From the NCBI GenBank assembly GCA_963789395.1, contig CAWBKP010000020.1, forward strand, positions 96,001 through 160,000: a stretch of DNA of 64,000 bases. Reading direction: 5' to 3'. The notes under the pieces were generated by a model. It worked only from the letters and a program-made list of their open reading frames with translations, had not been told where the DNA came from and ran no database searches. The first letter of the stretch is position 1. Every line of letters starts with the position of its first letter. This document shows, in pieces, positions 63,139-64,000 of the stretch. Both the position numbers and the translations under genes were made by a program. The stretch is from an uncultured delta proteobacterium (GTDB lineage Bacteria > Desulfobacterota > Desulfobacteria > Desulfobacterales > Desulfatirhabdiaceae).

Positions 63139-63335
63139 TCGGGAATTATCTGTCATGTCAGAAATGCCTGACCTCGTTAAACTCAAGGGTTTCATACAGA
63201 ACTTTGCCCGCTTGCCGGCTTAAGTTTTGTGGGGGTGAGACTCGGCCGTTCATGCGAATCATCAGCCGGCATGATCACAATGCGGCGCAATCCCGTCAGG
63301 ACGGGATTGCGCCGCTCAACATAAGGAGGCAAAAT

Positions 63336-64000
63336 ATGGAAGTTGTTCTCGAAGCAACACTCGGGGATAAACCGTTAAGCATTCAAACCGGAAAAGTCGC
63401 CAAACAGGCTTCAGGCGCCGTGGTGGTGCAGTACGGGGAGACCATCGTCCTGGTGACCGTGGTTTCGTCCAACGACAGCACCGGCGGGGATTTTCTGCCG
63501 TTAACGGTTGAATATATGGAAAAAATATATGCCGCGGGACGGATCCCCGGAAATTATTTCCGCCGTGAAATCGGAAGGGGCAGTGAAAAGGAAACCCTTA
63601 CAGCCAGACTGATTGACAGGCCGATCCGGCCGCTTTTCCCAAAAGGATACAATTTTGAAACCCAGGTCATTGCAACGGTCCTGTCCATGGATCAGGAAAA
63701 TGACCCGGACACCCTGGCCATGATCGGCGCGTCGGCCGCGCTGGGCCTGTCCGATATTCCGTTTGAAGGCCCGATCGCCTGTGTCCGGGTGGGCCGTATC
63801 GACGGTCAGCTGGTCATCAACCCGCCCCTGAAACAATTCGACGCCTGCGACATCAATATCATCGTTGCCGGATCCGCCACCGGCGTTGTCATGGTGGAAG
63901 GCAGCGGGAATATCGTGAGCGAGGCGGATATGCTCGATGCCATTTTCTTCGGTCATCAGGCCATGCAGCCGGTCATTGAAATTCAGAAGCAACTTCGGGA
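63336..64000 (+). CDS. pnp: Polynucleotide phosphorylase, 5' part (runs off the window; not in the ORF track)
   Basis: AAGGAGG-ATG at 63336; [41 protein letters not shown]. Confidence 0.96.
   Translation, partial: MEVVLEATLGDKPLSIQTGKVAKQASGAVVVQYGETIVLVTVVSSNDSTGGDFLPLTVEYMEKIYAAGRIPGNYFRREIGRGSEKETLTARLIDRPIRPLFPKGYNFETQVIATVLSMDQENDPDTLAMIGASAALGLSDIPFEGPIACVRVGRIDGQLVINPPLKQFDACDINIIVAGSATGVVMVEGSGNIVSEADMLDAIFFGHQAMQPVIEIQKQLR

Noticed and set aside
1..64000. CRISPR array, transposase, integrase or prophage
   Set aside because: No regularly spaced repeats or such genes were seen, and tRNA-Gly is flanked by core genes with no sign of an integrated element.

Overview
The window looks like a sulfate-reducing Desulfobacterota (Desulfobacterales-like) chromosome segment; the taxonomy is inferred from gene content. 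From left to right it holds: (1) an aminotransferase 3' end, holA, larB and a GC-rich sulfatase/HAD pair; (2) a nitrosative-stress locus (ferritin-like gene, hcpR, hcp, HD protein, Fe-S protein); (3) a SNF2 ATPase with a large uncharacterised partner; (4) a sigma54-controlled catabolic cluster (sensor kinase, sodium symporter, response regulator, benzoate-CoA ligase family enzyme, cysteine hydrolase, activator, non-decarboxylating glutaryl-CoA dehydrogenase, Na+-pumping glutaconyl-CoA decarboxylase); (5) a ~13 kb minus-strand run (ferredoxin, HEAT protein, RND pump, a PPDK-like dikinase lacking the pyruvate domain, an atypical GAPDH, a sulfite-reductase-like protein); (6) core translation genes (infC-rpmI-rplT-pheST, tRNA-Gly, rimP-nusA-infB-rbfA-truB-rpsO-pnp). 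At least six genes, including essential pheT, carry 1-bp indels that are most likely sequencing errors. The best candidates for undescribed systems are the dikinase-GAPDH-siroheme-protein module and the SNF2 plus XPB-N/p52-like protein pair. I saw no CRISPR array, transposase or prophage. All family assignments come from motif recognition by eye, without database searches.
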